In this document: one piece after another, positions 47,780 through 57,526 of the stretch | Numbering within the stretch: position 1 is the stretch's first letter | Layout: each line of letters opens with the position of its first letter | Virus record (IMG/VR): IMGVR_UViG_3300025150_000002 | Location: 139,522 to 203,521 of that record | Source: a virus | Lineage: Duplodnaviria > Caudoviricetes | Strand: one strand, 5' to 3' | DNA: 64,000 nucleotides | Program-made: the position numbers and the translations under genes | Notes under the pieces: model-generated | What the model was told of the DNA's origin: nothing | The model's input: only the letters and a program-made list of their open reading frames with translations | Databases searched by the model: none

Positions 47780-48019
47780 TTAGTAGAGACCAGCTCCAGG
47801 ACCCCCGGATGATGGTGGACGTGGTAGGCCGCGTTTCGCTCGCAGCTTCGCGTCGATTACAGCAAGCTCATCGACGCGGGCCGTCCTCGCGAACGGCCGG
47901 AGGTCCCAATTCCACTGGCCGTTCAACTGAACGTTGAACGGTCCGACCCACAGATCACGTCGACCGCAGTAGGTGAACCCGCGCTCGATTAGGGCCTGCC
48001 GGTAGTCTTCAGGCGACAT
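47780..48019 (-). CDS. Hypothetical protein, paralogue of 49031
   Basis: RGFT...LWVGPF...LRAKRGLPRP. Confidence 0.6.
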   Translation of the reverse strand: MSPEDYRQALIERGFTYCGRRDLWVGPFNVQLNGQWNWDLRPFARTARVDELAVIDAKLRAKRGLPRPPSSGGPGAGLY

Positions 48020-48290
48020 CGTTCGAGCGCTTCCAGTAGTACCAGATGTGGCCTAGCCACAGTGAATTAGCGACGAACATCAGGAGCGCACCTGCGAAGC
48101 TCATCCACTGGTCGAGGCTTGGATAAAAAAAGAGGTTCCAGCAGCTCCAGGTGGTGAAAAACAGCGTGGGGTACCAGACGACACCCTTGAGCTCCTTATC
48201 TCGACGGATGGCCCGCACGTTGGCGAGCAACAGAAGTGCACCAACTAGCTCAAGTGATCCGTTGATCGCGTCCGGCCAGGACAGGGTCAC
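48009..48290 (-). CDS. Small membrane protein (PQ-loop/SemiSWEET-like)
   Basis: Three hydrophobic helices. Confidence 0.55.
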   Translation of the reverse strand: MTLSWPDAINGSLELVGALLLLANVRAIRRDKELKGVVWYPTLFFTTWSCWNLFFYPSLDQWMSFAGALLMFVANSLWLGHIWYYWKRSNDVA

Positions 48291-48700
48291 GACGCGTCAC
48301 GCTGGTGCAGGAAATGGTCTTCGGTGTTGGTCAGTGGGTTGTAGCGCAGATCCATCTGACGCCACCGGTTGTCGTTCTCCAGGATGGCCTTCTTCGGGAG
48401 GCTGATCCCCTGCTGCTCCATCCACTCCAAGAAGGCGAGTTCTTCAGATTGATCAGGATCGTCCGGCAAACCCTCGATCTTGGTTCCGTCTCTGACGGGA
48501 AAGCAGCACGGACCGTCGTCCATCGCAAGTGGGTTAAATCGCAGGTCCAGCTTGCCGCCTTTTTTGAGCTTGCCGGCTTTGAACTCGGCCCTCTTCTGCC
48601 TAAGCCACTTGTCTGTTGGACTTAGGACCTCTCTTCGTGGCCGGGGAGTTACCTTGTTCACCAGATGGGCATAGACCACCCTAAGTATTTGTAGTATCAT
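48287..48700 (-). CDS. Hypothetical protein
   Basis: Coupled in minus run. Confidence 0.5.
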   Translation of the reverse strand: MILQILRVVYAHLVNKVTPRPRREVLSPTDKWLRQKRAEFKAGKLKKGGKLDLRFNPLAMDDGPCCFPVRDGTKIEGLPDDPDQSEELAFLEWMEQQGISLPKKAILENDNRWRQMDLRYNPLTNTEDHFLHQRDAS

Positions 48701-48750
48701 GAGTTACCTTTGTGTACACTGTTCTTTGCACCAAATATGTTACCGAGGTC

Positions 48751-49065
48751 CTAGGTTGCCCCATTTGGTTCAGACTGACGCGCGAACCGAACGGTCATGG
48801 TTCGCGGCCCAACCTTCACGGTCAACTCCACATCAGCCAGGTCTACGTCGCCGTACCTGGCAGCCGTCTCCTGGGACGCTGAGCCTACGGAGAGGGCGAA
48901 TCGTCCGACCGGGTCTGCGAATAGCTCCCAGCCTGGCTTCGCTGGACGCTCAGGTGCCGGGTCCCCTTCGACTACGACGTTGAAGCCATTGATGACGCGG
49001 TGATAGTCATCCCAGGTGGGCATATGACTCCTAATGAACAGGTGGTGGCGAGTTTGGCGGATCAT
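48751..49065 (-). CDS. Hypothetical protein (start uncertain)
   Basis: In minus run. Confidence 0.45.
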   Translation of the reverse strand: MIRQTRHHLFIRSHMPTWDDYHRVINGFNVVVEGDPAPERPAKPGWELFADPVGRFALSVGSASQETAARYGDVDLADVELTVKVGPRTMTVRFARQSEPNGAT

Positions 49066-49381
49066 AGGACGGCCTGTGGAGAGGACGTGGTAGCCCGCGC
49101 TTGGCGCGTAGCTGTTCGTCCACCTGCGCGAGCAGCGTCTTCCTCAGTCCAGACACACCTGGACCGATTCCTCCACCGGTGATACCTGAGTTTCCTATCC
49201 CCTGCGCGTTGTTCGTGCCCGAGGCAGTGATGAAGTTGGCCTGGCTGGATATGCCGGTCACGGTCAGCCCGAACGGTCCGACCCATAACTGTCGACTCTG
49301 GTTCCAGGTGAAGCCGCGATGGGCGAGCGCGGCTTCGAACTGTTGCTGAGTCATGGGCGGTTTGTCGAACGGACTTGACAT
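49031..49381 (-). CDS. Hypothetical protein, paralogue of 47780
   Basis: RGFT...LWVGPF...LRAKRGLPRP. Confidence 0.6.
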   Translation of the reverse strand: MSSPFDKPPMTQQQFEAALAHRGFTWNQSRQLWVGPFGLTVTGISSQANFITASGTNNAQGIGNSGITGGGIGPGVSGLRKTLLAQVDEQLRAKRGLPRPLHRPSYDPPNSPPPVH

Positions 49382-49537
49382 GGTGGTTAGTTTAGCTTAA
49401 CCAGCCAGGAATCGTCTAAGGAACAGAACGGTGTGTACATTTTTCGTCAGGACCCCGTAGCTATTGATGCTCCACCATCGATCAGGAAAGAGGCCGTACC
49501 ACCAGGCCCAAACTCGATGCATTAGCGCGGGTAGAAC

Positions 49538-50170
49538 GTGAAGGTCGAGACCGACCACGAGGAACACGAGGAACACGAGGAACACGAGGAACACGAGGAA
49601 TCCATGAGTGTGAATGAGGACGCCAAGTCACTGTTGTCCAATCTCCGTAACCGGCGAGGTCGCTGGGTCGTGACCGGCAGCAACCCGATGTTCGGCCCGG
49701 CGATGTTCGAGGCCAGCGCGTTCGACGAGATGGTGGAGCTGTACATCGCGGCCCGCGAGTCAGCGGACACGACCGCACTGCGGAACGAGCTCGACGCCCT
49801 AAAGGAGAAGCACAAGAAGCTCTCCGAGGAGTCACACGACCTTCGCATAAAGGCGAAGAGCGCTGACAATATGAGGGACGCCTACAACCTCCAACGAGAG
49901 AGGTGGATGGCGTTGTCCACGCACCTCCTCCGCGAGGGCGACATCCTTTGCCTGGAGAAGTACAAGCGAAAGGAGCGGCGTAAGGTCATCAGCTACGATT
50001 TCAAGACGAAGTCGTATACGTTCGTGATCTGGGACGAGCGCCGCAAGACCTGGTGCACAACGGTTCACTCCAACACCATCGGTCTCATGCTCGACAACGC
50101 CGGAATTATCGTCCAGGTGACGCGACCCGGCGACATGGAGCAGGGTGAGAAGAGCGAGAAGCGAAAGTGA
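49538..50170 (+). CDS. Hypothetical coiled-coil protein; may start at 49538 (HEE repeat) or 49604
   Basis: GGTAGAAC at 49530. Confidence 0.6.
   Translation: MKVETDHEEHEEHEEHEEHEESMSVNEDAKSLLSNLRNRRGRWVVTGSNPMFGPAMFEASAFDEMVELYIAARESADTTALRNELDALKEKHKKLSEESHDLRIKAKSADNMRDAYNLQRERWMALSTHLLREGDILCLEKYKRKERRKVISYDFKTKSYTFVIWDERRKTWCTTVHSNTIGLMLDNAGIIVQVTRPGDMEQGEKSEKRK
49556..49600 (+). repeat. (CACGAGGAA)5 tandem repeat
   Basis: Five perfect 9-bp units; (HEE)5 if translated. Confidence 0.9.
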
Positions 50171-50586
50171 TCCAGAAGACTGTCTACAGAATCCGTATCA
50201 CTCGCGTGGTCCCCAACGAGTTCTTTTCTGATGAGCCGGTCGGTAGCTACAGCTACTTCAGCCCGTTCCCCGGTACAGGCCGCCGGTATACGTTCTTGCG
50301 GCGAGCCAACATCTGCGATGTGTGCGGTGACCACATCACGGCTATCAACTTCGCCACCATCGCCGAGGCTAACACGAGGCTCAAGACGGCCTGTGTGAAG
50401 GACATCCTTGAGTACTACGGCGATGAGGGAGTTTATCCAGGCAAACACGGTCCGCCCTATCGACTTGACATCGTTGAGGTCAAGCTAGATCGACGCGAGC
50501 GTTACGGGTGGTGCAAGACCAGCGAGCGAGTGGTTCGCCAGATTGTCCCTGAGCCCACGATCCTCGATCAGCTGTCGGTGATCTGA
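50167..50586 (+). CDS. Hypothetical protein with LDxL tag
   Basis: Ends PTILDQLSVI. Confidence 0.65.
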   Translation: MIQKTVYRIRITRVVPNEFFSDEPVGSYSYFSPFPGTGRRYTFLRRANICDVCGDHITAINFATIAEANTRLKTACVKDILEYYGDEGVYPGKHGPPYRLDIVEVKLDRRERYGWCKTSERVVRQIVPEPTILDQLSVI

Positions 50587-50834
50587 TGAGCAAGTTCAAG
50601 CCCGGTGATGTAGTAAGAGTCGCGGACTACTACGACCTACGACTCGTCGGACACGTGTTCACAGTTCTCGACTTTTCAACCCTGTACCACTGCTGGGACC
50701 ACCCAGTCATCTCTAACCCTTACTATGAGGAGGATGGTCAGTCCAACCCAGCTAGGTGGCCTTGTCTTTACATCAGATTCAGTCCCGATCAGTTGGAGCA
50801 CTGGACCGTACTTGATAGGTTGGCGAAGGTTTAA
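50586..50834 (+). CDS. SH3/KOW-like small protein with LDxL tag
   Basis: FKPGDVVRV; ends WTVLDRLAKV. Confidence 0.65.
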   Translation: MSKFKPGDVVRVADYYDLRLVGHVFTVLDFSTLYHCWDHPVISNPYYEEDGQSNPARWPCLYIRFSPDQLEHWTVLDRLAKV

Positions 50835-50888
50835 ACAGGCACCAGAAATTGGCCTACCTGCCATGATCCATATCAAGGGGTAATCCCA

Positions 50889-51407
50889 GTGACCGCCAGC
50901 CAACCAACCCCGTGGATGGAGAACGACGAGCTCGCAAGAACGTTGACCGAGGCCGGATGGAAGTGGCAACTATACGTAGCTCGCTTCTTCGAGGCGCACG
51001 GATTTGAGGTTGATGTTCCCGAGTACTCGTGGAGAAACTCCCGCGAAGAGATCAAGGACTACCTGCATACCTGGGATCTGAAGATCTGCGACCAGCGGAT
51101 CGAGGTCAAGTCCAGAGACTTGGCATTCGACACGTACTGGCGGACCTTTCCTTGGGAGCGTGCCCTTGTCGATACGGTCCATAATTACGAGGCCCACGAG
51201 GTCAAGCCCATGGCCTACATTTACGTGAGCCAGCATACCGGGGCGATGCTCACGACCCCTGGTAGTGTTGAGGCCCGCGACGCCTGGTGGGAGAAGAAGG
51301 ATGCCTTCGACCATGTGCGGAAGATCAACGACACCTTCTACACTGTGGGCCGCGAACACCTGGACCCCATCACCAAGCTGCTCGCGCGCCTCAAGGAACT
51401 GCAATGA
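50889..51407 (+). CDS. Putative PD-(D/E)xK nuclease
   Basis: WDLKI...IEVKSR. Confidence 0.55.
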   Translation: MTASQPTPWMENDELARTLTEAGWKWQLYVARFFEAHGFEVDVPEYSWRNSREEIKDYLHTWDLKICDQRIEVKSRDLAFDTYWRTFPWERALVDTVHNYEAHEVKPMAYIYVSQHTGAMLTTPGSVEARDAWWEKKDAFDHVRKINDTFYTVGREHLDPITKLLARLKELQ

Positions 51408-51817
51408 CGGATAAGCAAGGGCCAGACACCCGGATAGAGGCACGAACGGCCGTATTGATAGCCGTAACGATGGCTAACGAGCGTCGAGCTCGGGGCGATT
51501 CCGCAAGGGGACTCGACATCATTCTCGGAGTGGTCGACAACCTGATTGGTTCCACCGATGCACTTTTCTCTATGCTCGGTCACGAGGTTCCTGAGCGTGA
51601 CGAGAAGGCCTTCCTCGGCGTGAGTGACGCGCTCGAAGAGATCGATCCGACGGAGCTAGAGGCCTCGCACGTCCTCGCCCTACTCTCATCAACGTCTAAT
51701 CTACAGAGTCGGATTCCAAGCTACGCTGACTTCTACGGGCGCGCGCTGGCTCACTTCCGTGAGACGCGGCCCGACGAGCTCCAAGGTCTCTTAGGCGGCT
51801 TCGAGCCGGACGCGTAA
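51404..51817 (+). CDS. Hypothetical protein
   Basis: ATGA coupling. Confidence 0.55.
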   Translation: MTDKQGPDTRIEARTAVLIAVTMANERRARGDSARGLDIILGVVDNLIGSTDALFSMLGHEVPERDEKAFLGVSDALEEIDPTELEASHVLALLSSTSNLQSRIPSYADFYGRALAHFRETRPDELQGLLGGFEPDA

Positions 51818-52018
51818 CCACGCCTCAACTACATTGTCGTTGAGGTGGCACTGCGGCTATACCCGATTCGTACATGCGTCGGACGAAGCACGCATAGATA
51901 CCAAAGGTGGCCACCTTCCCTCGGGTATAACCGCGATGGAGTAAGACACTCCCTTCGGGAAGATCCTGACGATCTTCCGCTACGGAAACGGGGCTTCGAC
52001 AGTCCCTAGGAGTCTTCG

Positions 52019-53419
52019 ATGGGTCGCCATCTTCAGCGGTTCTATATCATCACCGGCGGGACCATGGTCCACGTCGCTCCTCACTTCTCCCTCTGCGCCC
52101 CCGCCTACGGAGCTGTCGGACGCCTGATCGCGTCACACCTCAAGGCGCAGCTTCTCAAGGAGGACGCGCCACCGCAGGTTCACCTGATCCGGACCCAGCT
52201 TGCCAGAGGTGAGAGCTCATTGACGTACGATGAGCGGGACGCCTTCGAGGCTGCAGGTATCAGCCGACTGGAGACCAACGACGACCTGGCGCAGCTCGTC
52301 ACCTCCCTGGTCGCGGACGATGAGACTCGGTGCATTGTTATGGCCGCCGCAGTCTGTGACTGGGAGCCGACCGACATCACCTACATGGCCAACGCCTCCG
52401 GCAACTCGATCTGCGACTTCGGTAAGGACCAGCCGCGACTCCGCACCTCTCCGCCCTATCCCGGGGCCAGCAAGGGGCTGTGCATGGGCCTCAGTCCAGC
52501 CCAGAAGATCATCAAGAGAATCCGCGAGCAACGAAAGGACATTTTCCTGGTCGGGTTCAAGGCGACCGCCGGTGAGTCCCCGCAGGAGACCTACAAGGCC
52601 GGGCTCACGCTGCTCAAGCAGAGCAGCTGCAATCTCGTCTTCGCCAATGATGTTCAGAATCACCACAACATGGTCGTCACGCCGGAGGAGTTCCCCTATC
52701 ACGACAAGAGTCGTAGGGCCTCGGTTCAGACTCTGGCTACGATGATCGCGGCCCGTACGAAACTCGACTTCGCCAGCACGATCATGGTTGACGATGCAAT
52801 GGCGAGCCCTCTTCTGCTGCACGAGAAGGGGGCCATTCCGCAGAACTTCGTTCCTGTGCTCAAGCACCTCATCGAGCGCGGCGCCTTCAAACCCTTCCTG
52901 GGGAAGACATCCGGCCACTTCGGCTGCAAGATTCTCGATTCTGACTACATCTATCGTCGGATCTCATCGGTCCGCAAGGTCGACCACAACAAGGTTTTCG
53001 AGGAGGGCATGGCGCGCATCTTCGAGGCGAGAGACGAGCGTCGAGGCGACCAGTCGATACGAGCTGGTGGCCGCAAACCATCCGTAGGTGAGCACACTCA
53101 GGCGTTGATCTATGCCAAGCTCGGAGACGCCGTCCACTCCATCGTGCATTTCCACTGCCCGATGCGAGAGCAGACGAATCTGGGACGCGACACGATCATC
53201 AACATCGCATCCCAAAAGGAGTTCGAGTGTGGGTCCGTCCAGTGTGGCGAGAACACCGCTCTCAACATGAGGATGATTGCTCACGGTGTTTGGGCGGTCC
53301 ACCTGGACGGACATGGTCCGAACATTGCCTTTCACAAGAACGTGTCGGCAGTCCACATCCTGGGACTCATCAACCAGTATTGGGACCTGTCCGATAAGAC
53401 CGGTGGGAAGATCATTTGA
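52019..53419 (+). CDS. CoaB/DFP-like domain fused to class II aldolase-like domain
   Basis: ITGGT, MAAAVCDW, KIIKRIRE..KDIFLVGFK, CNLVFAND; then SVGEH, IVHFHC, GHG. Confidence 0.65.
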   Translation: MGRHLQRFYIITGGTMVHVAPHFSLCAPAYGAVGRLIASHLKAQLLKEDAPPQVHLIRTQLARGESSLTYDERDAFEAAGISRLETNDDLAQLVTSLVADDETRCIVMAAAVCDWEPTDITYMANASGNSICDFGKDQPRLRTSPPYPGASKGLCMGLSPAQKIIKRIREQRKDIFLVGFKATAGESPQETYKAGLTLLKQSSCNLVFANDVQNHHNMVVTPEEFPYHDKSRRASVQTLATMIAARTKLDFASTIMVDDAMASPLLLHEKGAIPQNFVPVLKHLIERGAFKPFLGKTSGHFGCKILDSDYIYRRISSVRKVDHNKVFEEGMARIFEARDERRGDQSIRAGGRKPSVGEHTQALIYAKLGDAVHSIVHFHCPMREQTNLGRDTIINIASQKEFECGSVQCGENTALNMRMIAHGVWAVHLDGHGPNIAFHKNVSAVHILGLINQYWDLSDKTGGKII

Positions 53420-53724
53420 GCGCTAACTCGAACCCTCTTCGGTGGAATCCACCGATTCACTATTTTAAGGGCGAGCGTGTTCAGTATCGGTCTGTCTACG
53501 CTAATTTCGACACCAACCGGCCGCATGAACAACGCGGGACCGTTGACGAGGACGCCCCCACCAGCACCTTGACAGGCGTCTTGGTGCGGTGGGATAACGG
53601 TGAGCTCCAGGCGGTCTATGGCCACAGCCTGATCAAGCTGAACGTGCTCGATTTGTTGGCCGAGATCAACGCCTCAACGACCCCAGAGCGTCCAGAGGAA
53701 AGGCCGTCATCAGAGCGCTCATGA
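53416..53724 (+). CDS. SH3/KOW-like protein with LDxL tag
   Basis: FKGERV...VRWDNG; LNVLDLLAEI. Confidence 0.6.
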   Translation: MSANSNPLRWNPPIHYFKGERVQYRSVYANFDTNRPHEQRGTVDEDAPTSTLTGVLVRWDNGELQAVYGHSLIKLNVLDLLAEINASTTPERPEERPSSERS

Positions 53725-53863
53725 CTTTTCTCGCGTCGTCCTCGTTGAAATTCAGGACGATCTGACCGTCGTTGCAGATGAACTGCACCGGATAGAAAGT
53801 CTGGGTTTTGGTGATGAGTAGGTAGATGTCCGTGGTCAGGTCTACGCGAACCGGCTCGCTCAT
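53666..53863 (-). CDS. Hypothetical protein with LDxL tag
   Basis: Ends AFPLDALGSLRR. Confidence 0.6.
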   Translation of the reverse strand: MSEPVRVDLTTDIYLLITKTQTFYPVQFICNDGQIVLNFNEDDARKVMSALMTAFPLDALGSLRR

Positions 53864-54042
53864 TGAGCGCCTAACCGCCCTGAGTTGTGACCATACCGCA
53901 TGGTGGAGCGGAGTTCGGCCTGTCCCCGTCTACGTTGGCACATGTAGACGACACGACTGTTCCGGCTGCACGGCTCGCCGGTCTTCGCACCACACCACTG
54001 ATTCGGACAATCGATGTCGATCGCCCTTAGCTTTTCTGACAT
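53860..54042 (-). CDS. Small zinc-finger protein
   Basis: CPNQWCGAKTGEPC; ATGA coupling. Confidence 0.5.
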   Translation of the reverse strand: MSEKLRAIDIDCPNQWCGAKTGEPCSRNSRVVYMCQRRRGQAELRSTMRYGHNSGRLGAQ

Positions 54043-54063
54043 GGTCCATCCTGTTGGGCCCTA

Positions 54064-54148
54064 CGGAAGCAGAGGGATTCGAACCCCCGGAGGTGTGACC
54101 CTCTCCTGATTTCAAATCAGGTGCATTAGACCGCTCTGCCATGCTTCC
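54064..54148 (-). tRNA. tRNA-Ser(TGA), CCA not encoded
   Basis: GGAAGCA/TGCTTCC acceptor, anticodon arm CCTGA-TTTGAAA-TCAGG, long variable arm, GGTTCGAATCC T-loop. Confidence 0.93.
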
Positions 54149-54166
54149 TTCGTTAGTCCTGTTGTC

Positions 54167-54391
54167 TCAGATCCCGCTCAGAGCATCAAGCGGGTAGAGG
54201 TTGATGAGCGCGCGCAGGAGCGCCCGAGCCTCGTCCGATGAGAGCGGAACGGCGACTATCTTGCCGTCCACCATTGCGACATCGGTAGTGGTCACAGGCG
54301 TGACAGGAGCTCCGTGAGGGGGCTCGTTGAGAGGGTCGATGACCAGGCTGATCTCGTCGTCTCCAAGGTCTACCCAATGCTTATCGATCAT
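54167..54391 (-). CDS. Hypothetical protein with LDxL tag
   Basis: Ends NLYPLDALSGI; GGTAGAAC 7 nt upstream. Confidence 0.65.
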   Translation of the reverse strand: MIDKHWVDLGDDEISLVIDPLNEPPHGAPVTPVTTTDVAMVDGKIVAVPLSSDEARALLRALINLYPLDALSGI

Positions 54392-54475
54392 GTCCTTGTT
54401 CTACCCGGAAGAAATTCTCGTGTACTTGCGACCAGAGCCCCGTGGTCGTGACGGTGGGCCGGGTAGAAGAACAAC

Positions 54476-54619
54476 ATGAGCAAGATCGTTGACGCGCTGG
54501 CCGAGGAGGTAATCAGTATCGTCGTCATAGCCGGTGATGATGAGGACATCACGTATCGACGGAGAGGTGCGACAACGCTCGACTGGAGAGCCGAGACTCC
54601 CGCCAGAGGTCGGAAGTGA
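54476..54619 (+). CDS. 47-aa ORF not in track
   Basis: GGTAGAAG 7 nt upstream; GTGA-coupled to next gene; begins MSKIVDALAEE. Confidence 0.5.
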   Translation: MSKIVDALAEEVISIVVIAGDDEDITYRRRGATTLDWRAETPARGRK

Positions 54620-55716
54620 CGCACGATAAACTCACCATCCCAGAGAAGATCAAGGTCGGGTTCCAGAACCGAGAGGGGACTTACACCGGCAAGCTTGCCT
54701 TCGTTGTCTACTACGATGTCAAGGGCAAGCTCCGCATGGAGAGGAGCTGGGAGGGCTGGCGCGATAAGAAGATCGAGCCGATGGAGTTCGACAACGAGCC
54801 GATGACCGGCTTCGTGCTCAACAAGAAGGTCGGCGATTACAGCTCCCGTTGGGGAGGTCGCCGCGCTTGGATTCGTATCTACGATCCACGAGGATTCGAG
54901 TTCGAGATCAGCGTCGAGAACCTACTGTTTATCCTGGAGCACACGTCCGCCATCCAAGGAAAAGGGTTGGAGGGTGAGTTCGCCTACGCCTGGGGCGGCG
55001 GCAGCAACAGCAAGGTGATGCTGATTCCTACCTGTTCTGAGGACTACAAGGAGTCGGCCAGCTACACGAAGTTGCAGACCAAGAAGGTCGGCAAGAAGGA
55101 CATGCAGGAGGGGTGCGTTTACCGGACCAAGGACAACGTCGACGTCATGTATCTGGGCCGGCACGACTACTACGAGTTGAGCGGTTCTTCCTATTACTAC
55201 AACAACCGTCTGGTGACGCGGAGCAAGCAGCACATCTTCGTCAGCGTGGACGGTAAGAGCGACTACTGGGTCCAGAAGGGGTTCACTGGTCTCGCAGAGA
55301 AGCTCAGCGATGAGCCGTCGCCTCTCTACGCCGACGAGTTCGAGAATTACATGAAGTCGATCTACGGCAGCAAGGTTGTCGAGATCGTAGGCAATACGGC
55401 TAAGCCGGAGCTCAAAGATCGGTGGAGCGTTAGAGACACCTTCTACGTCAAGCGACCCGACGGCTTCCATCGAATCGAGTTCAACTATCGTTATGCAAAT
55501 TGCTGGAATTCTGCTGGTCGGATTACGCCCGATACGGAGACCTGGCAGATGCAAGAGTGCGCCGACGCTATAAAGGTGACGCCCGAGGGTGACCTTGTCT
55601 GGCCAATGGAGGGCAAATTCGGCCCTTACAAAAACGTCACCCATGAGGAGGTCGCCGAGATGGACTTCTTCGTCATCAGTGTCAAGAACGAGCAGGGCGC
55701 GGTCCGCGCCATCTAA
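54616..55716 (+). CDS. Conserved large-phage hypothetical protein
   Basis: KIKVGFQ...TYTGKLAFV...SWEGWRD...GFVLNKKVG...RIYDPRGFEFEISVENL, recalled from large phages. Confidence 0.75.
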   Translation: MTHDKLTIPEKIKVGFQNREGTYTGKLAFVVYYDVKGKLRMERSWEGWRDKKIEPMEFDNEPMTGFVLNKKVGDYSSRWGGRRAWIRIYDPRGFEFEISVENLLFILEHTSAIQGKGLEGEFAYAWGGGSNSKVMLIPTCSEDYKESASYTKLQTKKVGKKDMQEGCVYRTKDNVDVMYLGRHDYYELSGSSYYYNNRLVTRSKQHIFVSVDGKSDYWVQKGFTGLAEKLSDEPSPLYADEFENYMKSIYGSKVVEIVGNTAKPELKDRWSVRDTFYVKRPDGFHRIEFNYRYANCWNSAGRITPDTETWQMQECADAIKVTPEGDLVWPMEGKFGPYKNVTHEEVAEMDFFVISVKNEQGAVRAI

Positions 55717-55725
55717 GGAAGAGCG

Positions 55726-56175
55726 ATGAGCGACAAGGTTTCCAAGAACGACGAGAAGATCAAGCTGTTGATGGCGAAGGTAGAGGAGCAGAAGGGCTCT
55801 CTCGGCACCAAGCCACGAGCCAGGTGGAACACCAACGCGGTGTTCAAGTATCCCAACGGGGACTTCGTCAACCTGAACACCGTGGGCGCGGGCGACTTCG
55901 ACAAGCTCGTCGCCGCGTTGTCGTTCTTGCTGACGACAGAGGGGCTTCGCAAGACCGCAGCGGAGCGTCTGGGCGTGGAGCCTCCTCCCTTCACACACGG
56001 GGGTTTCACCGTCGCCGAGTGGGAGGAGGACTTCAAGCTGCGGATCAACGTCGTCGGTTACGATGGGCGCAAAAAGAAGCTTGACGCTACCACCCAGAAG
56101 CTCAAGAGCCTCATCAGCGAGGGAGCTCGTACCGAGATGGAGCTCGACGAGATCGAGGCTCTGTTGGACTCGTAG
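55726..56175 (+). CDS. Hypothetical coiled-coil protein
   Basis: Strong codon bias; SD AAGGAAG. Confidence 0.7.
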   Translation: MSDKVSKNDEKIKLLMAKVEEQKGSLGTKPRARWNTNAVFKYPNGDFVNLNTVGAGDFDKLVAALSFLLTTEGLRKTAAERLGVEPPPFTHGGFTVAEWEEDFKLRINVVGYDGRKKKLDATTQKLKSLISEGARTEMELDEIEALLDS

Positions 56176-56350
56176 GTCACGATGGTGCGGTGGATAGCTA
56201 GCCTGTTCGCTCCTCGGGTCGGGGTAATACCAGGACCGATCGGTCGGTTCTGGTGCCGCCTGGCCGGCCACCCACCTGGTCCGCTCTATCGTGGGTTCCA
56301 AGGTCGGGGAGCTGACCTTCGCTGCAGGGCGTGTGGAGTTGAGGTGCCGA

Positions 56351-56626
56351 ATGATCCCAGCTGAGGATTGGAAGGCGGTGAACCTACCAGGATTTCGTAC
56401 CGGCAAGGAACCTCGCCGGTTTCAGTGGCGGTTCAAGGACTTCAGGCGGGCGATGCAAGGCAAACGTCTAAAGCACGGTCGTAATGTCACCCATGACGAC
56501 AAGCTCGTCATGGGTGACATGGAGATGATGCACGGAGGTCGTTACTGGCCGACCACGGACGGAGGCCTGATCGCGCTGCCCTACGACTCGAAGAAGTTCG
56601 ACTTCAAGGAGTGGGTGGAGGAGTGA
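56351..56626 (+). CDS. Hypothetical protein
   Basis: In + strand run. Confidence 0.5.
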   Translation: MIPAEDWKAVNLPGFRTGKEPRRFQWRFKDFRRAMQGKRLKHGRNVTHDDKLVMGDMEMMHGGRYWPTTDGGLIALPYDSKKFDFKEWVEE

Positions 56627-56631
56627 ATTCA

Positions 56632-57123
56632 ATGAGTCAGCGAATGACCGATGTCGAGAAGCTTGAGGCCCAGCTCACCGAAGCTAAGGCCAAGCAGCTG
56701 TTCTGCACCTACTACTCCCCCGGGACCTTTTTCCTGGAGCAGTCGTCGTTCGAGGTTGAGACCCGAGACCTCGCCGCGTGTGCGGCCCGAGCTAAGGCCG
56801 ATGTGGTCGAGCGGTATGGGGCCAGGCCTTTCGCCTTCCGTTTCACGGACGGCAACGGCAAGGTGCTCTCTGGTCTTTACTACTTGACCGGCACCGTTCT
56901 CCGGCGCGATGACGTTCCGGATGACGGGGAACACCAGACAATGCGGTCCAACATGACCGACCCAGAGCGCTGTGTGGCTGTCGAGAACACCAACTCATTC
57001 AAGCATGTCTCGCACTTCAGCGAGGACGATGTAGTCGTCGACTGGGACGGCAACATCACTAGAAGGGGCGATGAGCCCGACCTGGTCGCCTACCGAGCTC
57101 GGTTCAAGGCGGAGCAGGACTAA
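56632..57123 (+). CDS. Hypothetical protein
   Basis: In + strand run. Confidence 0.6.
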   Translation: MSQRMTDVEKLEAQLTEAKAKQLFCTYYSPGTFFLEQSSFEVETRDLAACAARAKADVVERYGARPFAFRFTDGNGKVLSGLYYLTGTVLRRDDVPDDGEHQTMRSNMTDPERCVAVENTNSFKHVSHFSEDDVVVDWDGNITRRGDEPDLVAYRARFKAEQD

Positions 57124-57142
57124 CCACAGAAGAGGTAATCAC

Positions 57143-57523
57143 ATGATGGGAATCGGTCACGGACGGACCTACAAGGTCAAGATCTCGACTCTGCTGGATC
57201 ACCTGCGGAAGAACCGCAGCGAACACGTCGAGATCGTGGAAGAGGCGCAGGCGGAGTTTCGCCGGCTGGCCATCGAGAGGCTCGACTCGATGCTCAAGGA
57301 CGCTATGAGCGGCAAGGGGATCCAGACCAACCTCGGTCTCAAGGTTCCGACGGTTCACACCGACGCGTTCGACAATGCGATCGGTCTTCTGGAGATGACG
57401 AAGGACGCCGGCGAGGATCTCATCGAGATCGACTCGGGCGAGTACGAGAGGTTCGTTCGGAATAACTGGGATTGGACCGCCCAGTTCCGCGCCTCCAACG
57501 GCGGCTACTCCAGCAAGGTCTAG
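57143..57523 (+). CDS. Hypothetical protein
   Basis: SD GAGG; strong codon bias. Confidence 0.65.
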   Translation: MMGIGHGRTYKVKISTLLDHLRKNRSEHVEIVEEAQAEFRRLAIERLDSMLKDAMSGKGIQTNLGLKVPTVHTDAFDNAIGLLEMTKDAGEDLIEIDSGEYERFVRNNWDWTAQFRASNGGYSSKV

Positions 57524-57526
57524 GGT

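Noticed and set aside
54922-56406. 494-aa minus-strand ORF
   Set aside because: Antisense to two well-formed + strand genes with strong codon bias; no motifs.
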